Assembly: GCA_963701075.1 (NCBI GenBank)
Contig: OY969559.1
Location: forward strand, 1,120,001 to 1,184,000
DNA: 64,000 nt
Direction: 5' to 3'
From: an uncultured Nitrososphaerota archaeon
Lineage (GTDB): Archaea; Thermoproteota; Nitrososphaeria; Nitrososphaerales; Nitrosopumilaceae
In this document: positions 9,528 to 19,126 of the stretch, piece after piece
Numbering within the stretch: position 1 is the stretch's first letter
How the letters are laid out: every line of letters begins with the position of its first letter
Position numbers and translations under genes: made by a program
The notes under the pieces: generated by a model
The model's input: only the letters and a program-made list of their open reading frames with translations
Database searches by the model: none
What the model was told of the DNA's origin: nothing

Positions 9528-10862
9528 ATGCTAACCATGACAGATCGAAAAGAAATGTTTTCTGATATGGTATCAAATCAGACAAACCCGTTTTTTGACT
9601 GCTATTTTAGATGGCTTGATCTTTCCGTCAGATATGGCATTGCAGTTTTTGAGGCTTCAACAAAAGCAGCAGAATCGTTTTTCAATTTTAACAAGCCAAG
9701 GACTGAAAAATCCATTGAAAATGATATACGTTTATCGTTTGATGCCACCTTACAAGAATCTCTAAAGGAAGAAAGTTTTGCTAAAAGCCTTTCAGAATAC
9801 GTTGATGCATTTATACACATACAAACTGTTTTAGGGAGAAATGAGGCTTTTAGATATAGAGCAGGTCTTATTACGTATTATAATGACAGACTTGAATTTC
9901 TTCGAACTACGCTGTATCGTACTCCCTCTGAAACAATCAAGCTAAACAGCAATTTTGAGCTACTTCATTATATCTCATCGGAAAAAAAATACAAAACTCC
10001 TATACTCATAGTGGGGTCTCTTATCAACAGGTACTACATACTTGATCTGCTTCCGAAATTTAGCGTTGTAAGAAATCTCCTAAAACAGGGATTTGACGTG
10101 TATGCAACAGAATGGAGAACACCTTCGAATCTAGAATACGATATGACACTTGAGAATTACGCACGTGATTTTCTGGAAACTGCAATCGAGAAAGTGAAAG
10201 AGATGAGCGGTTCTGATAAAATCTCTCTTTTGGGTTACTGTTGGGGTGGAATATTTGCTCTGATATACTCTACAATTTATCCCGAAAATGTAAAAAATCT
10301 GATTCTACATTCGACACCCATTGATTCTGCAGCAAATCCGACTCCAGTTGAGATCTGGACCTCTCACTTGAATGTAGATAGGGATCTGGATGTCATGAGA
10401 AACATGCCTGGTTCCTTTGTCAACTTTGCCTTCTTGATGCGAAATCCGCTTGAGCCCATTTTAAAGTGGCCAAGATTTTTCAGTGAACCAAGGAGCATTG
10501 ATGAAATAATGCAGTTCATTGCAGTGGAGACATGGCTACATGACGGCAGACCAATAATAGGCGGTGTCTACAAAAAGTTGGTAAAGGACATTTATCAGAA
10601 AAACTTGCTAATAAAAAACAAAATGGAGGTTGGTGGCAAACTAGTAGACCTTCGAAAGATAACAATGCCTGTTTTGAATATAATTGCAACACACGATGAT
10701 CTAGTCCCTCCAGAATCTAGCAAATCCGTAATGAATGTCATACCTAGTACTGACAAACAACTGATTGAATTCCCTTCAGGGCACACTGGAATATGCATGA
10801 GTACACGTGCCCATGAGCAATTATGGCCTCAGGTGGGAAAATGGCTCTCTGAGCGTTCCTGA
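9528..10862 (+). CDS. phaC: Class III-like polyhydroxyalkanoate synthase PhaC with N-terminal extension
   Basis: SLINRYYILDL, lipase box LGYCWGG, catalytic D (HDDLVPP) and H (SGHTG). Confidence 0.8.
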   Translation: MLTMTDRKEMFSDMVSNQTNPFFDCYFRWLDLSVRYGIAVFEASTKAAESFFNFNKPRTEKSIENDIRLSFDATLQESLKEESFAKSLSEYVDAFIHIQTVLGRNEAFRYRAGLITYYNDRLEFLRTTLYRTPSETIKLNSNFELLHYISSEKKYKTPILIVGSLINRYYILDLLPKFSVVRNLLKQGFDVYATEWRTPSNLEYDMTLENYARDFLETAIEKVKEMSGSDKISLLGYCWGGIFALIYSTIYPENVKNLILHSTPIDSAANPTPVEIWTSHLNVDRDLDVMRNMPGSFVNFAFLMRNPLEPILKWPRFFSEPRSIDEIMQFIAVETWLHDGRPIIGGVYKKLVKDIYQKNLLIKNKMEVGGKLVDLRKITMPVLNIIATHDDLVPPESSKSVMNVIPSTDKQLIEFPSGHTGICMSTRAHEQLWPQVGKWLSERS

Positions 10863-10921
10863 TTCATGCCATGATCTTATATTTGAAATTGCATTATAAA
10901 AAACAAGAAAAATCAGAAAGT

Positions 10922-11041
10922 TCAGTCTTTGTGTAGGTGTTTTCCCAGTCTGCAACTAGAACAAATGTATTTTCCATCTTTATCCTCTTTGAAAAGTTGA
11001 GATGGGCAATCACATTCCACGCATTGACATTTTTCAGCCAT
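10922..11041 (-). CDS. 39-aa metallothionein-like (SmtA/BmtA-type) Cys-rich protein
   Basis: MAEKCQCVECDCPSQLFKEDKDGKYICSSCRLGKHLHKD; missing from the ORF track. Confidence 0.6.
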   Translation of the reverse strand: MAEKCQCVECDCPSQLFKEDKDGKYICSSCRLGKHLHKD

Positions 11042-11042
11042 T

Positions 11043-11189
11043 TTAGTCCATTAATTCTTCGTCTTCTTCGTCAACTTCGTATTGACTTTTAAGCTCGAGT
11101 TGGTGAGCTTCTTCTTTCATCTCTTCTTGCTCAAATGCTTTCTTCTCTTTCTCTTCTTCTTTCTTCTCTTTCTTTTCTTTTTTAGCCAT
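11043..11189 (-). CDS. 48-aa highly charged (Lys/Glu-rich) micro-protein
   Basis: MAKKEKKEKKEEEKEKKAFEQEEMKEEAHQLELKSQYEVDEEDEELMD; 40 bp from palindrome 11229-11246; 1-bp gap to the next ORF. Confidence 0.6.
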   Translation of the reverse strand: MAKKEKKEKKEEEKEKKAFEQEEMKEEAHQLELKSQYEVDEEDEELMD

Positions 11190-11228
11190 AGTATGCAACT
11201 ACATACTTGAGATATTATATATGTGCAG

Positions 11229-11246
11229 ATTATCAAAATTGAGATT
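11229..11246. promoter_or_regulatory. Regulon palindrome shared by divergent promoters
   Basis: ATTATCA-aaat-TGAGATT; 40 bp from ATG 11189 (-) and 43 bp from ATG 11289 (+). Confidence 0.7.
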
Positions 11247-11288
11247 TTCGTCTATTCTTTATTATGGATGAAATCAATCGAATTTCGA

Positions 11289-11915
11289 ATGACAAGTCAA
11301 TATGTATGGATTGGGATTATTGTGGGCGTGTTTTTTGCTGGTTTAGGTATAGGATATGTAGTTTTTACAACGATAACGCCTAGCTATGTGATACAGAACC
11401 CTCAAGTACTCAACCAGATGATGTCTGCTAATCCTCAAGCAATGAACGACTGGATCAACACGATGATGAATAATCCTAATTTTATGAATACATTGATGAC
11501 TAGCATGATGAAAAATCCTCAATTTCAACAACAATACATGGGTCCTTGGATTACGGTACAAAGCCCATACTTTATGCAACATATGATGAACCAGTTATCA
11601 ATACCGCAGAACCAGAGCGCAAAATATGCTTATCCTATAGTTAAAACTGACCAGGTCTCAATAGTAAGTGGGGCATGGCAAATCAATACTACGCAGTCAT
11701 ATTCTCCTACCATAATCCAGACAAGCACTGGAACAACTGTTACTTGGACAAACAATGACAATGTGGTACACACTGTAACTGACGTTGGAGGAACCTTTGA
11801 TTCACATTTGATTCTGCCAAACACTACTTGGAAATATACTTTCAATGATGCGGGAAAATACAACTACTTTTGTACTCTACATCCTTGGATGAAAGGCATA
11901 GTCATAGTATCATAG
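11289..11915 (+). CDS. Membrane-anchored plastocyanin/cupredoxin with Met-rich linker
   Basis: N-terminal TM helix, MM-rich repeats, HTVT...YFCTLHPWMKG type-1 Cu ligands. Confidence 0.88.
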   Translation: MTSQYVWIGIIVGVFFAGLGIGYVVFTTITPSYVIQNPQVLNQMMSANPQAMNDWINTMMNNPNFMNTLMTSMMKNPQFQQQYMGPWITVQSPYFMQHMMNQLSIPQNQSAKYAYPIVKTDQVSIVSGAWQINTTQSYSPTIIQTSTGTTVTWTNNDNVVHTVTDVGGTFDSHLILPNTTWKYTFNDAGKYNYFCTLHPWMKGIVIVS

Positions 11916-11995
11916 TCTCAAAAATTACGTAGAATTTTTGTTACCAGTAATGATAATCTGGTTTTGAATTTAATACCGTTGCGAACTTATTTTTG

Positions 11996-12778
11996 ATGGT
12001 ATTGAAAACCATTGAGTCCAAAGTTGCAGATTACATGAGTCCAGGTCCTCTAACAATTCAACAAAGTGACAGTTTGATAAACGCCATTGATCTAATGGCC
12101 GATAAAGGAATAGGAAACCTCATAGTAAAAAACAAACATGCGATAGGCATTCTTACAGAAAGAGAGATTCTTGAACATCTAGTATCTAAAAAAAAGATTG
12201 GTGGTGCCAAAATATCTGATATTTCCTTGAGTGCATTTGCCATAGTGAGTCCAGAAACTAGTGTAATAGATGCTGCAAGGGTGATGATGAGAAAAAAGAC
12301 ACGGCTGCTAGTGTATGAAGACAAAAAATTGGTTGGAATCATTACTGCAACCGATATGGTTCGAGCTTTCAGACGCACTCGTAGTAATCCTAAACTTGGG
12401 AAAGTGGTTAGCAATGATCTCTATATGGTGAAAGATGCCGATGATATCTTCAAAGCTGTAAAAATGATGTATGATAAAAAAATTGGAAGTGTCATAGTTA
12501 CAAAGCACAATATTCCATATGGGATTTTTACCGAGAGGGACCTTCTAGTTAATGTCCTATCCTATGATGCAGATTTGAGAAATCCAGTGGTTGGTTACTG
12601 TTCATATCCACTTGTTACGACAGAACTTGGAATAGGAGGAAGTGATGCAGCGATGATAATGGCTAAAAATAAAATAAAGAGATTAGTTTTAACAAAAAAT
12701 GATAAGGTAACATCTATTGTAACTGCAAGAGATATTGTAGATGCATTTCAGTCTAGCTTCTCAGATGAGAATCTTTGA
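11996..12778 (+). CDS. Four-CBS-domain protein
   Basis: GILTERE, GIITATD, GIFTERD, IVTARD. Confidence 0.9.
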   Translation: MVLKTIESKVADYMSPGPLTIQQSDSLINAIDLMADKGIGNLIVKNKHAIGILTEREILEHLVSKKKIGGAKISDISLSAFAIVSPETSVIDAARVMMRKKTRLLVYEDKKLVGIITATDMVRAFRRTRSNPKLGKVVSNDLYMVKDADDIFKAVKMMYDKKIGSVIVTKHNIPYGIFTERDLLVNVLSYDADLRNPVVGYCSYPLVTTELGIGGSDAAMIMAKNKIKRLVLTKNDKVTSIVTARDIVDAFQSSFSDENL

Positions 12779-12787
12779 AAGTAGATA

Positions 12788-13960
12788 TCACGCTTCAAGA
12801 TGAGTGCTAGTTTTCCTTAAACTTTGAAAATATTTTTGCCTCTCACTTGCCAACTCTATAATGTCAGTTTTGCTTATGACTCCCAATAGTTTGCCGTCCT
12901 TAGTACACACAAAGACTTTGCCGACACCCTTTTTCACCATCTCCAGAAAAGCTTTCTCTACTTCTGCCTCTGGAAATACGACTGCTAGATAGTTTATTGA
13001 TAACATGATATTTGTCACCTTTGCAATTTCTCGCTGATTTTCCGGTACGGCTAGTATTCCCTTTAGTGTAATCATTCCTAAGAGATGGTCCTGTTCATCT
13101 GTTACAGGAAGCTCGCTTTTCATACTGGTCATAAAAAAATTCTTTAGAACAAAATCTACGGACGCGTTTTGCTTTACTGATATTATTCTAGTATTCATAA
13201 TGTTGTTTACTCTGATGCCCCTGAGTGCAGTTGTTAACTCAAATTGCGACATGTAAGACTGTGCCCCTGAATGTACGAACCAACCTATGAGAACAATCCA
13301 CAAGCCTCCGATAAAATCGCCTCCAAGAAGTGTAATGAACCCAAATCCCATGAAAATATACGATATCACCACTCCGATTGTTGTGGCAACCTTTGTTGCT
13401 TCATGATAATCCTTTTTCCATCTTACTAATGCTGCTCTTAACACCCTTCCTCCATCAAGAGGAAATGCTGGAATTAGATTGAATACTCCCAGCATGAGAT
13501 TGGCAATTGCGTCATAGAACAGTATTCCTTTTGCCTGAAGATAGAACGCATTACTTGAACCTGACATACTTGAATCCAACCAAAGGAAAATGGCAAAAAT
13601 TGCAGCAAGTCCAAAACTAGCAAGTGGCCCGGCAATGGACATCTTGAACTCTTGATGAAAGTCGCTTGGTTCCTTTGCAATGTCTGATACCCCTCCAAAA
13701 ATAAATAGCGTGATACTTTTGACTGGAATGTTGTATCTTGTAGCAATCATGGAATGCGCCAACTCGTGTAACAGGATTGAGAAAAACAAGAGTCCAGTCC
13801 CTATGGAACCCATGAGCCAGTAATCTGATGGTGTAAGACCCTTCACATAGTCTGGCATAAAATATGTCGAAAGAGTCCAGTCTATTAGAAAGAACGTGAT
13901 AATTAGCGTAAAGTGTAATCGAATGCGGATGCCTTTGATGTGGCCTAATTGAAGAGACAT
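12788..13960 (-). CDS. Site-2 protease (M50) with C-terminal CBS pair
   Basis: HELAH, IAGP, FNLIPAFPLDGGR, followed by CBS motifs. Confidence 0.93.
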   Translation of the reverse strand: MSLQLGHIKGIRIRLHFTLIITFFLIDWTLSTYFMPDYVKGLTPSDYWLMGSIGTGLLFFSILLHELAHSMIATRYNIPVKSITLFIFGGVSDIAKEPSDFHQEFKMSIAGPLASFGLAAIFAIFLWLDSSMSGSSNAFYLQAKGILFYDAIANLMLGVFNLIPAFPLDGGRVLRAALVRWKKDYHEATKVATTIGVVISYIFMGFGFITLLGGDFIGGLWIVLIGWFVHSGAQSYMSQFELTTALRGIRVNNIMNTRIISVKQNASVDFVLKNFFMTSMKSELPVTDEQDHLLGMITLKGILAVPENQREIAKVTNIMLSINYLAVVFPEAEVEKAFLEMVKKGVGKVFVCTKDGKLLGVISKTDIIELASERQKYFQSLRKTSTHLEA

Positions 13961-14005
13961 GAAATCATCTAGATATTATCATTGAGATTTTGAATTTGAG
14001 GGATA

Positions 14006-14782
14006 TCAAGTCGTCTCCATCTGATATGCATCTACGATATCTCTTGCGGTAACGATTCCAACAAGTGCGCCATTATCTGTCAATCCCAGTCTTTTAATGT
14101 TTTTAGATGCCATGATACTTGCAGCCTCGTTTGCCAAAATTCCACTCTTGGCTGTAACAAGTGGAAATGTGGAATAAGGTCCTACCTTGCTTTCCAAGTC
14201 AACTCCTTTTGCAAGGGTTCTTACAAGATCTCGCTGTGTAAATATTCCATATGACGAATTCCTTTCTACAAGTATGGCGCCAATGTGTTTTTCGTCGAGA
14301 AGCTTTGCGGCATCTAATATAGTAGTGTCATATGGACAGTGGTAGACCTTTGTGCTGATGACCTTGTCCAAGCTTGGGGCTTTGTCTGTTTCTCTAAATG
14401 CCCTGAGCATATCTGATGCCGTGATGGTTCCAACAAGTTTGTCCCCATCGGCAAATACGAGTACCCTTGACTTTTTGGATATCATTAATCTTGCAGCCTC
14501 CACGACTGTGGTATCTGGTGTGACAGAAACGAACGGCTTGATGAAAACTTCCTTTACCCTTTGGTCCATGCTCTTTTCTCCCGATACGACATGCCTAAGG
14601 ATCTCTCTTTCTGTTAATATGCCGCGAGGCATTGTACTTTTTTCATCCATCACAATTAATGTGGCAAAACCTTCGTCTGCCATAAAGTTAATCACAGTAT
14701 TGAAAGGAACATCAGATTTAACTGAGATTGGATACTCTGACATGTAATTGCCAACAAGAAGATCTTTTACGTTTAATCCCAT
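14006..14782 (-). CDS. Four-CBS-domain protein (paralog of 11996-12778)
   Basis: GILTERE, GTITASD, GIFTQRD, GIVTARD. Confidence 0.9.
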   Translation of the reverse strand: MGLNVKDLLVGNYMSEYPISVKSDVPFNTVINFMADEGFATLIVMDEKSTMPRGILTEREILRHVVSGEKSMDQRVKEVFIKPFVSVTPDTTVVEAARLMISKKSRVLVFADGDKLVGTITASDMLRAFRETDKAPSLDKVISTKVYHCPYDTTILDAAKLLDEKHIGAILVERNSSYGIFTQRDLVRTLAKGVDLESKVGPYSTFPLVTAKSGILANEAASIMASKNIKRLGLTDNGALVGIVTARDIVDAYQMETT

Positions 14783-15067
14783 GAATGTACTTTCCTCAGC
14801 TGGGTATATTTGATTTGAGTATTCTGATATCAGAGATGATAACTACCTGAGTCATTTTTATACTAAAAATACTGCATACATCTCAGATCTGATAATCTAA
14901 AACTGAGAGCCGAAGACATGTAACTTCTAACCCTTCTCTGTTAGTTGAGGTTTTATGGTCCAATTTCTTTTTGGAGTTATAGGGACACCAACAGCTTGGC
15001 AATATCTTTTCACGCCTGATAATCGGGGATCTAACTAATATCTTTACAAATACGATATTGATACTAG

Positions 15068-15463
15068 ATGCCCATATCGAAAAGCTTGGAATACCGTTTT
15101 GCCGCAGAGTTGTCGTTAATTTCAGGCATTATCATACTTGGTGCATCCATCTTGTACCTTCAACACGTTACATTTTTCCCTGATATGAGGTGGATGATGG
15201 GCCCTCAACTCCTAGGTCACGTTTTCATCACAAACGTAGTTGGCATTGTAAGTGGAACCATGGTAATTATTGCAGGAATTATGATCTATGTTCAACCTGT
15301 TCACATTAGAAAATGGGGAGTAATGGCATGGGTTTTTGCCAGCATAAGCTTCTTTGGAATAGGTGGTTTTTTCATAGGTGGAATATTAGGAATAATAGGA
15401 GGATTGCTAGCAGTGACTAAAGGTATTACATTCTTTGGTTTCAAGTCTAAAGGCAAAAAATAA
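15068..15463 (+). CDS. Small multi-pass membrane protein
   Basis: 3-4 hydrophobic Gly-rich helices (GGFFIGGILGIIGG). Confidence 0.7.
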   Translation: MPISKSLEYRFAAELSLISGIIILGASILYLQHVTFFPDMRWMMGPQLLGHVFITNVVGIVSGTMVIIAGIMIYVQPVHIRKWGVMAWVFASISFFGIGGFFIGGILGIIGGLLAVTKGITFFGFKSKGKK

Positions 15464-15654
15464 CCTCGTGCTAAAACGTAGCATGAAAAATTATAATTTC
15501 TAGTATCTCATGCCAAAAAACATTCTATGGATCTTCTAGTTATAGGCTAGTAAGTGATGATTGAATTTTAATTTTGATAATCAATAGGCACCTTCAATAC
15601 CAGATTTGATATTCAACAATTGCCTTTAATAAAATCAAACATCCATTGTCTGCT

Positions 15655-16101
15655 ATGACAAATGCAAAGATTTCAAACATTGTCGTTGCCATCGATGGTT
15701 CTGATCCATCTAGAAAGGCGGCAGATTATGCCGTATCTATGGCAAAGGAAAAAGATGCCAAGGTATCTGCAGTTGCTGTGGTGAAGATTCACCAGTCAGA
15801 CGCATTCAGAGGATCCTCTCAAACACTTCATAAGTTTGTTAACAAACAAGTTAGCATTGCAGATGGGTGGTTGGGTTCCATAAGAAAAGATGCCGATAAG
15901 AACAACGTCAAGTTTGAATCACGAGTAATCAAGACAACAACAAGCATTCCAGAAGAGATCATCAAGTACGCTAAAGACAAAAAATCTGATCTCATAGTTA
16001 TGGGAACTCGAGGTAGAACGGGATTTAAGAAGATGCTACTTGGCAGTGTAGCCTCGGCAGTAGTTACTCATGCTGGATGTACAGTAATGGTAGTAAGATA
16101 A
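15655..16101 (+). CDS. Universal stress protein
   Basis: IVVAIDGS...IVMGTRGRTG...LLGSVA; palindrome 15596-15613 ends 42 bp upstream. Confidence 0.93.
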   Translation: MTNAKISNIVVAIDGSDPSRKAADYAVSMAKEKDAKVSAVAVVKIHQSDAFRGSSQTLHKFVNKQVSIADGWLGSIRKDADKNNVKFESRVIKTTTSIPEEIIKYAKDKKSDLIVMGTRGRTGFKKMLLGSVASAVVTHAGCTVMVVR

Positions 16102-16187
16102 AGATCAAATGACAATATCTTATTACTATTTCATTTTTACTTTAGGATGAATTATAATGTAAAACAAACTCAAAACGGTGTACGTTC

Positions 16188-17495
16188 ATGCACATACTTG
16201 ATAATCTTGACAAGTCTCAAAAAGTAATAGTACTAGGTTCGTGGTTTGGCTGGGCCCTAGACGGTTATGACCTGGTCCTAATGCTATTTGTGATATCATC
16301 TGTGAGCCAACTTTTCTTTCCTGTAAACGATCAAAGACTTGGTCTTCTTGCAACCTTTGCCGCCTATGCTGTTACTCTTGTGATGAGACCTCTTGGGGGA
16401 GCACTGTTTGGAGCCTTTGGCGACAGGCTTGGTAGAAAGAGAGCCATGATAATAACAATCATAGGATTTTCATGTGCTACATTTGCGACAGGTCTGCTTC
16501 CTACCTGGCAAGCTGTTGGGGTAATCTCACCCTTGCTCTTGATAACATTGAGGATCATGCAGGGTCTTTTTGCAGGAGGGGAATGGGGTAGCGGTGCGGT
16601 CATATCTATGGAATCTGTATCCAAGAAGGCAAGAGGAATTACCTCTGGATTTATACAAAGTGGATTTCCATTTGGGTTTCTCATTGCATCATTGGCATAT
16701 TGGATTGTATCGTCTGTTTATCATGACCAATCGTTTCTAGAGATTGGATGGCGTATAATGTTCTTCACAGGCATGATTCCAAGCTTGTTGGCACTCGTAC
16801 TTCGTCTTAAAATGAACGAGTCTGACATTTGGAAGGAAAAACTCGAACAACAGGCAATAGAGAAGGCACCATTAAAGCAAGTAGCATCAGGTCCAAATGG
16901 GAAAAGATTCTTTTCAACACTTATCATAACAACAGGATTGATGTATTCCTATTATGCATCAATTGGATTTATGCCGACATTGCTCTCACAATATGTAAAT
17001 CTAAAAGAGCCAGAGACGGCAACAATAATGGCAGCTGCTACCTTTTCATCAATGATTGGATACATCTTTGCTGGTTGGCTCAGCCAAAAGATAGGCAGGA
17101 TACGTACGATAGGCATCTTTGCCTCTCTGGCAGTGATTCTTGCGATTCCGTTGCTTATCGGTCTGTATGACTCATCTAACCATTTAGAAAGAACTGTGTA
17201 TGCTTCACTTCTCATACTTGTGGCGACAAGTGGATTTGGGCCCATTCCGGCATTTTTGTCGGAGAGATTTCCAACTCAGATAAGAAATACTTCAGCTGGA
17301 TTTGTCTTCAATGCGGGACTGATCATTGGAGCTTGGGCTCCTCTAGTTGCAATTGAATTGGGTTCAGAACCTAGTTCGTTACAACCAATACTCTTTGGAG
17401 CAAATCTTATGATTGGTTGCATATTGGTATTGATAGGGTTAAAGTTTAATCCAGAGACTCGTGATGTAGATTTACGATCTACAAATTCTAGTTAG
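16188..17495 (+). CDS. MFS transporter (metabolite:H+ symporter-like)
   Basis: DGYD, RPLGG...GDRLGRK, GGEWG, SERFPTQIR, PETR. Confidence 0.92.
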   Translation: MHILDNLDKSQKVIVLGSWFGWALDGYDLVLMLFVISSVSQLFFPVNDQRLGLLATFAAYAVTLVMRPLGGALFGAFGDRLGRKRAMIITIIGFSCATFATGLLPTWQAVGVISPLLLITLRIMQGLFAGGEWGSGAVISMESVSKKARGITSGFIQSGFPFGFLIASLAYWIVSSVYHDQSFLEIGWRIMFFTGMIPSLLALVLRLKMNESDIWKEKLEQQAIEKAPLKQVASGPNGKRFFSTLIITTGLMYSYYASIGFMPTLLSQYVNLKEPETATIMAAATFSSMIGYIFAGWLSQKIGRIRTIGIFASLAVILAIPLLIGLYDSSNHLERTVYASLLILVATSGFGPIPAFLSERFPTQIRNTSAGFVFNAGLIIGAWAPLVAIELGSEPSSLQPILFGANLMIGCILVLIGLKFNPETRDVDLRSTNSS

Positions 17496-17584
17496 TTTAC
17501 GACTGCATATTGTATTCAATAATCTGTAGATTTATGATTTGGTTGTAGTTTATGGAGTGTATTTTTCGCCGGGCATAGAGCCCG

Positions 17585-17639
17585 TTTGTCATCTTTGAGA
17601 ATCATATTTAGACAGTCATGAATTATCAAGCGTGATAAT
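17585..17639. promoter_or_regulatory. Two regulon palindromes
   Basis: TTTGTCA-tctt-TGAGAAT (17585-17602) and ATTATCA-agcg-TGATAAT (17622-17639, 42 bp before ATG 17681). Confidence 0.7.
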
Positions 17640-17680
17640 CTAATTCCGTCTTTTTATCCCTGAAACAGTAACGAATCGTA

Positions 17681-18001
17681 ATGAAAACATCAAAGCTACA
17701 AGTCAAACCAATAGCAGCAGTGCTTAGCTTACTGGCTTTCGTTGCTGTTGTTGCCATGTCTCCACATGCTTTTGCGCAACAACCGTTTCAAGGTGGACAG
17801 GGACAACAAAACGGCATTGCCCTTGGATCATCATATAATGCACCAGCAGGTAGTACACAAAATCAGATTCCTGCACAAGTAGTGTATAGTGATTCCGACA
17901 ATCCTACTGGTCCGCTTCAAGGTATGGGATGGGGGATCGGAATGGCAATAGTGGGAGTCATGAGCGGCGTTGGAGTCTGGACAGCAGTACGAAGCAGATA
18001 A
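17681..18001 (+). CDS. Small secreted protein with C-terminal membrane anchor
   Basis: Signal peptide (AFA|QQ), Q/G-rich middle, C-terminal TM helix and RSR. Confidence 0.7.
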   Translation: MKTSKLQVKPIAAVLSLLAFVAVVAMSPHAFAQQPFQGGQGQQNGIALGSSYNAPAGSTQNQIPAQVVYSDSDNPTGPLQGMGWGIGMAIVGVMSGVGVWTAVRSR

Positions 18002-18005
18002 GATC

Positions 18006-18045
18006 AAACTAGAGGTTGAAACGCTCTAGTTTTCTCCATTTTTTG
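18006..18045 (+). terminator. Hairpin plus T-tract downstream of 17681-18001
   Basis: AAACTAGAG/CTCTAGTTT 9-bp stem followed by T-rich sequence. Confidence 0.45.
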
Positions 18046-18145
18046 TAATTTATGGTTTTTTTAGGTAGGTTACAACAAATTCAATTATTCTCAATAATGA
18101 AAATCAAAGTAAAACTTCTTAAACAAACTTTCTAGATATAACATA

Positions 18146-18568
18146 ATGCAGAAAATTAAGAAGATACTTGTTGCATTAGATGGCTCAGTGCAATCCTTCA
18201 AATCTCTTCAAGAAGCAATTTACCTTGCAAGACAATGCGGTGCAACTATCACCGGATTATGTGTTCTGCCACTATATACAATAAGCCTCGGAAAGTTTAC
18301 AACATCTCTTAGAAATCAAAGCATAAAAGAAGCCAAGAAATTCATGGCAAAAGCAAAGGTGTTCGCGGCACAGAATGGAGTTGTATTTACCGAGAGGATT
18401 GTTATAAGCGATCACACCTCCAAGATTTCAGAATATGCAAGTGACAAAAAGTTCGATCTAATAGTAATGGGATCGCGAGGCATGAACCCCGTCAAAGAAT
18501 TGTTTCTAGGTAGCGTTGCAAACTATACTGTCCATAAATCTAAGATCCCAGTTCTAGTTGTAAAATGA
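18146..18568 (+). CDS. Universal stress protein
   Basis: ILVALDGS...IVMGSRG...FLGSVANY; palindrome 18087-18104 is 42 bp upstream. Confidence 0.93.
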   Translation: MQKIKKILVALDGSVQSFKSLQEAIYLARQCGATITGLCVLPLYTISLGKFTTSLRNQSIKEAKKFMAKAKVFAAQNGVVFTERIVISDHTSKISEYASDKKFDLIVMGSRGMNPVKELFLGSVANYTVHKSKIPVLVVK

Positions 18569-18653
18569 GCATTTGACTAGTAATTGAGCTTTTAATTACC
18601 ACTATTGGTAATTAAATTTCATCTTTTTAAGCATCTAACTTGTAAGTAATACA

Positions 18654-19091
18654 ATGGATGAGTACTTTGCAAGAGATATAATGAAAGAACAGGTAGTCAC
18701 GGTTGATTTTGCGGCCACTGTAATGGATGCTGCTAAGAAGATGGATGAAAAAAACATTGGATGCGTAATTGTAATGGAGAAGGAAATGCCGATAGGCATA
18801 CTAACCGAGAGAGATTTTGTAAAAAAGATAGCAGTTAATGAAAAACCCATGTCAACTCCTGTAAGAAATGTAATGTCTTCGCCTTTGATCTCAATAGATC
18901 CTGATGCTACAGTCTGGGAGTTGGCTGAGCTCATGAAACTTAAACGAATTCATAAGGTGCCCGTGGTGCAAGAAAACAAACTGCTTGGAATTGTAACTAC
19001 TGCTGATATTACTAGTCTATGTAGCATAGGCTCTGATTCAGAGATGAGAAAAGTCTGCCAACAAATTCTTTTACGATTGCATCAATCCTAG
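18654..19091 (+). CDS. CBS-domain pair protein
   Basis: ARDIM, GILTERDF, GIVTTAD; variant palindrome ATTACCA-ctat-TGGTAAT at 18595-18612. Confidence 0.92.
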   Translation: MDEYFARDIMKEQVVTVDFAATVMDAAKKMDEKNIGCVIVMEKEMPIGILTERDFVKKIAVNEKPMSTPVRNVMSSPLISIDPDATVWELAELMKLKRIHKVPVVQENKLLGIVTTADITSLCSIGSDSEMRKVCQQILLRLHQS

Positions 19092-19126
19092 GCATTTGAG
19101 AAAAACTGTTCTATTATTGATACAGG

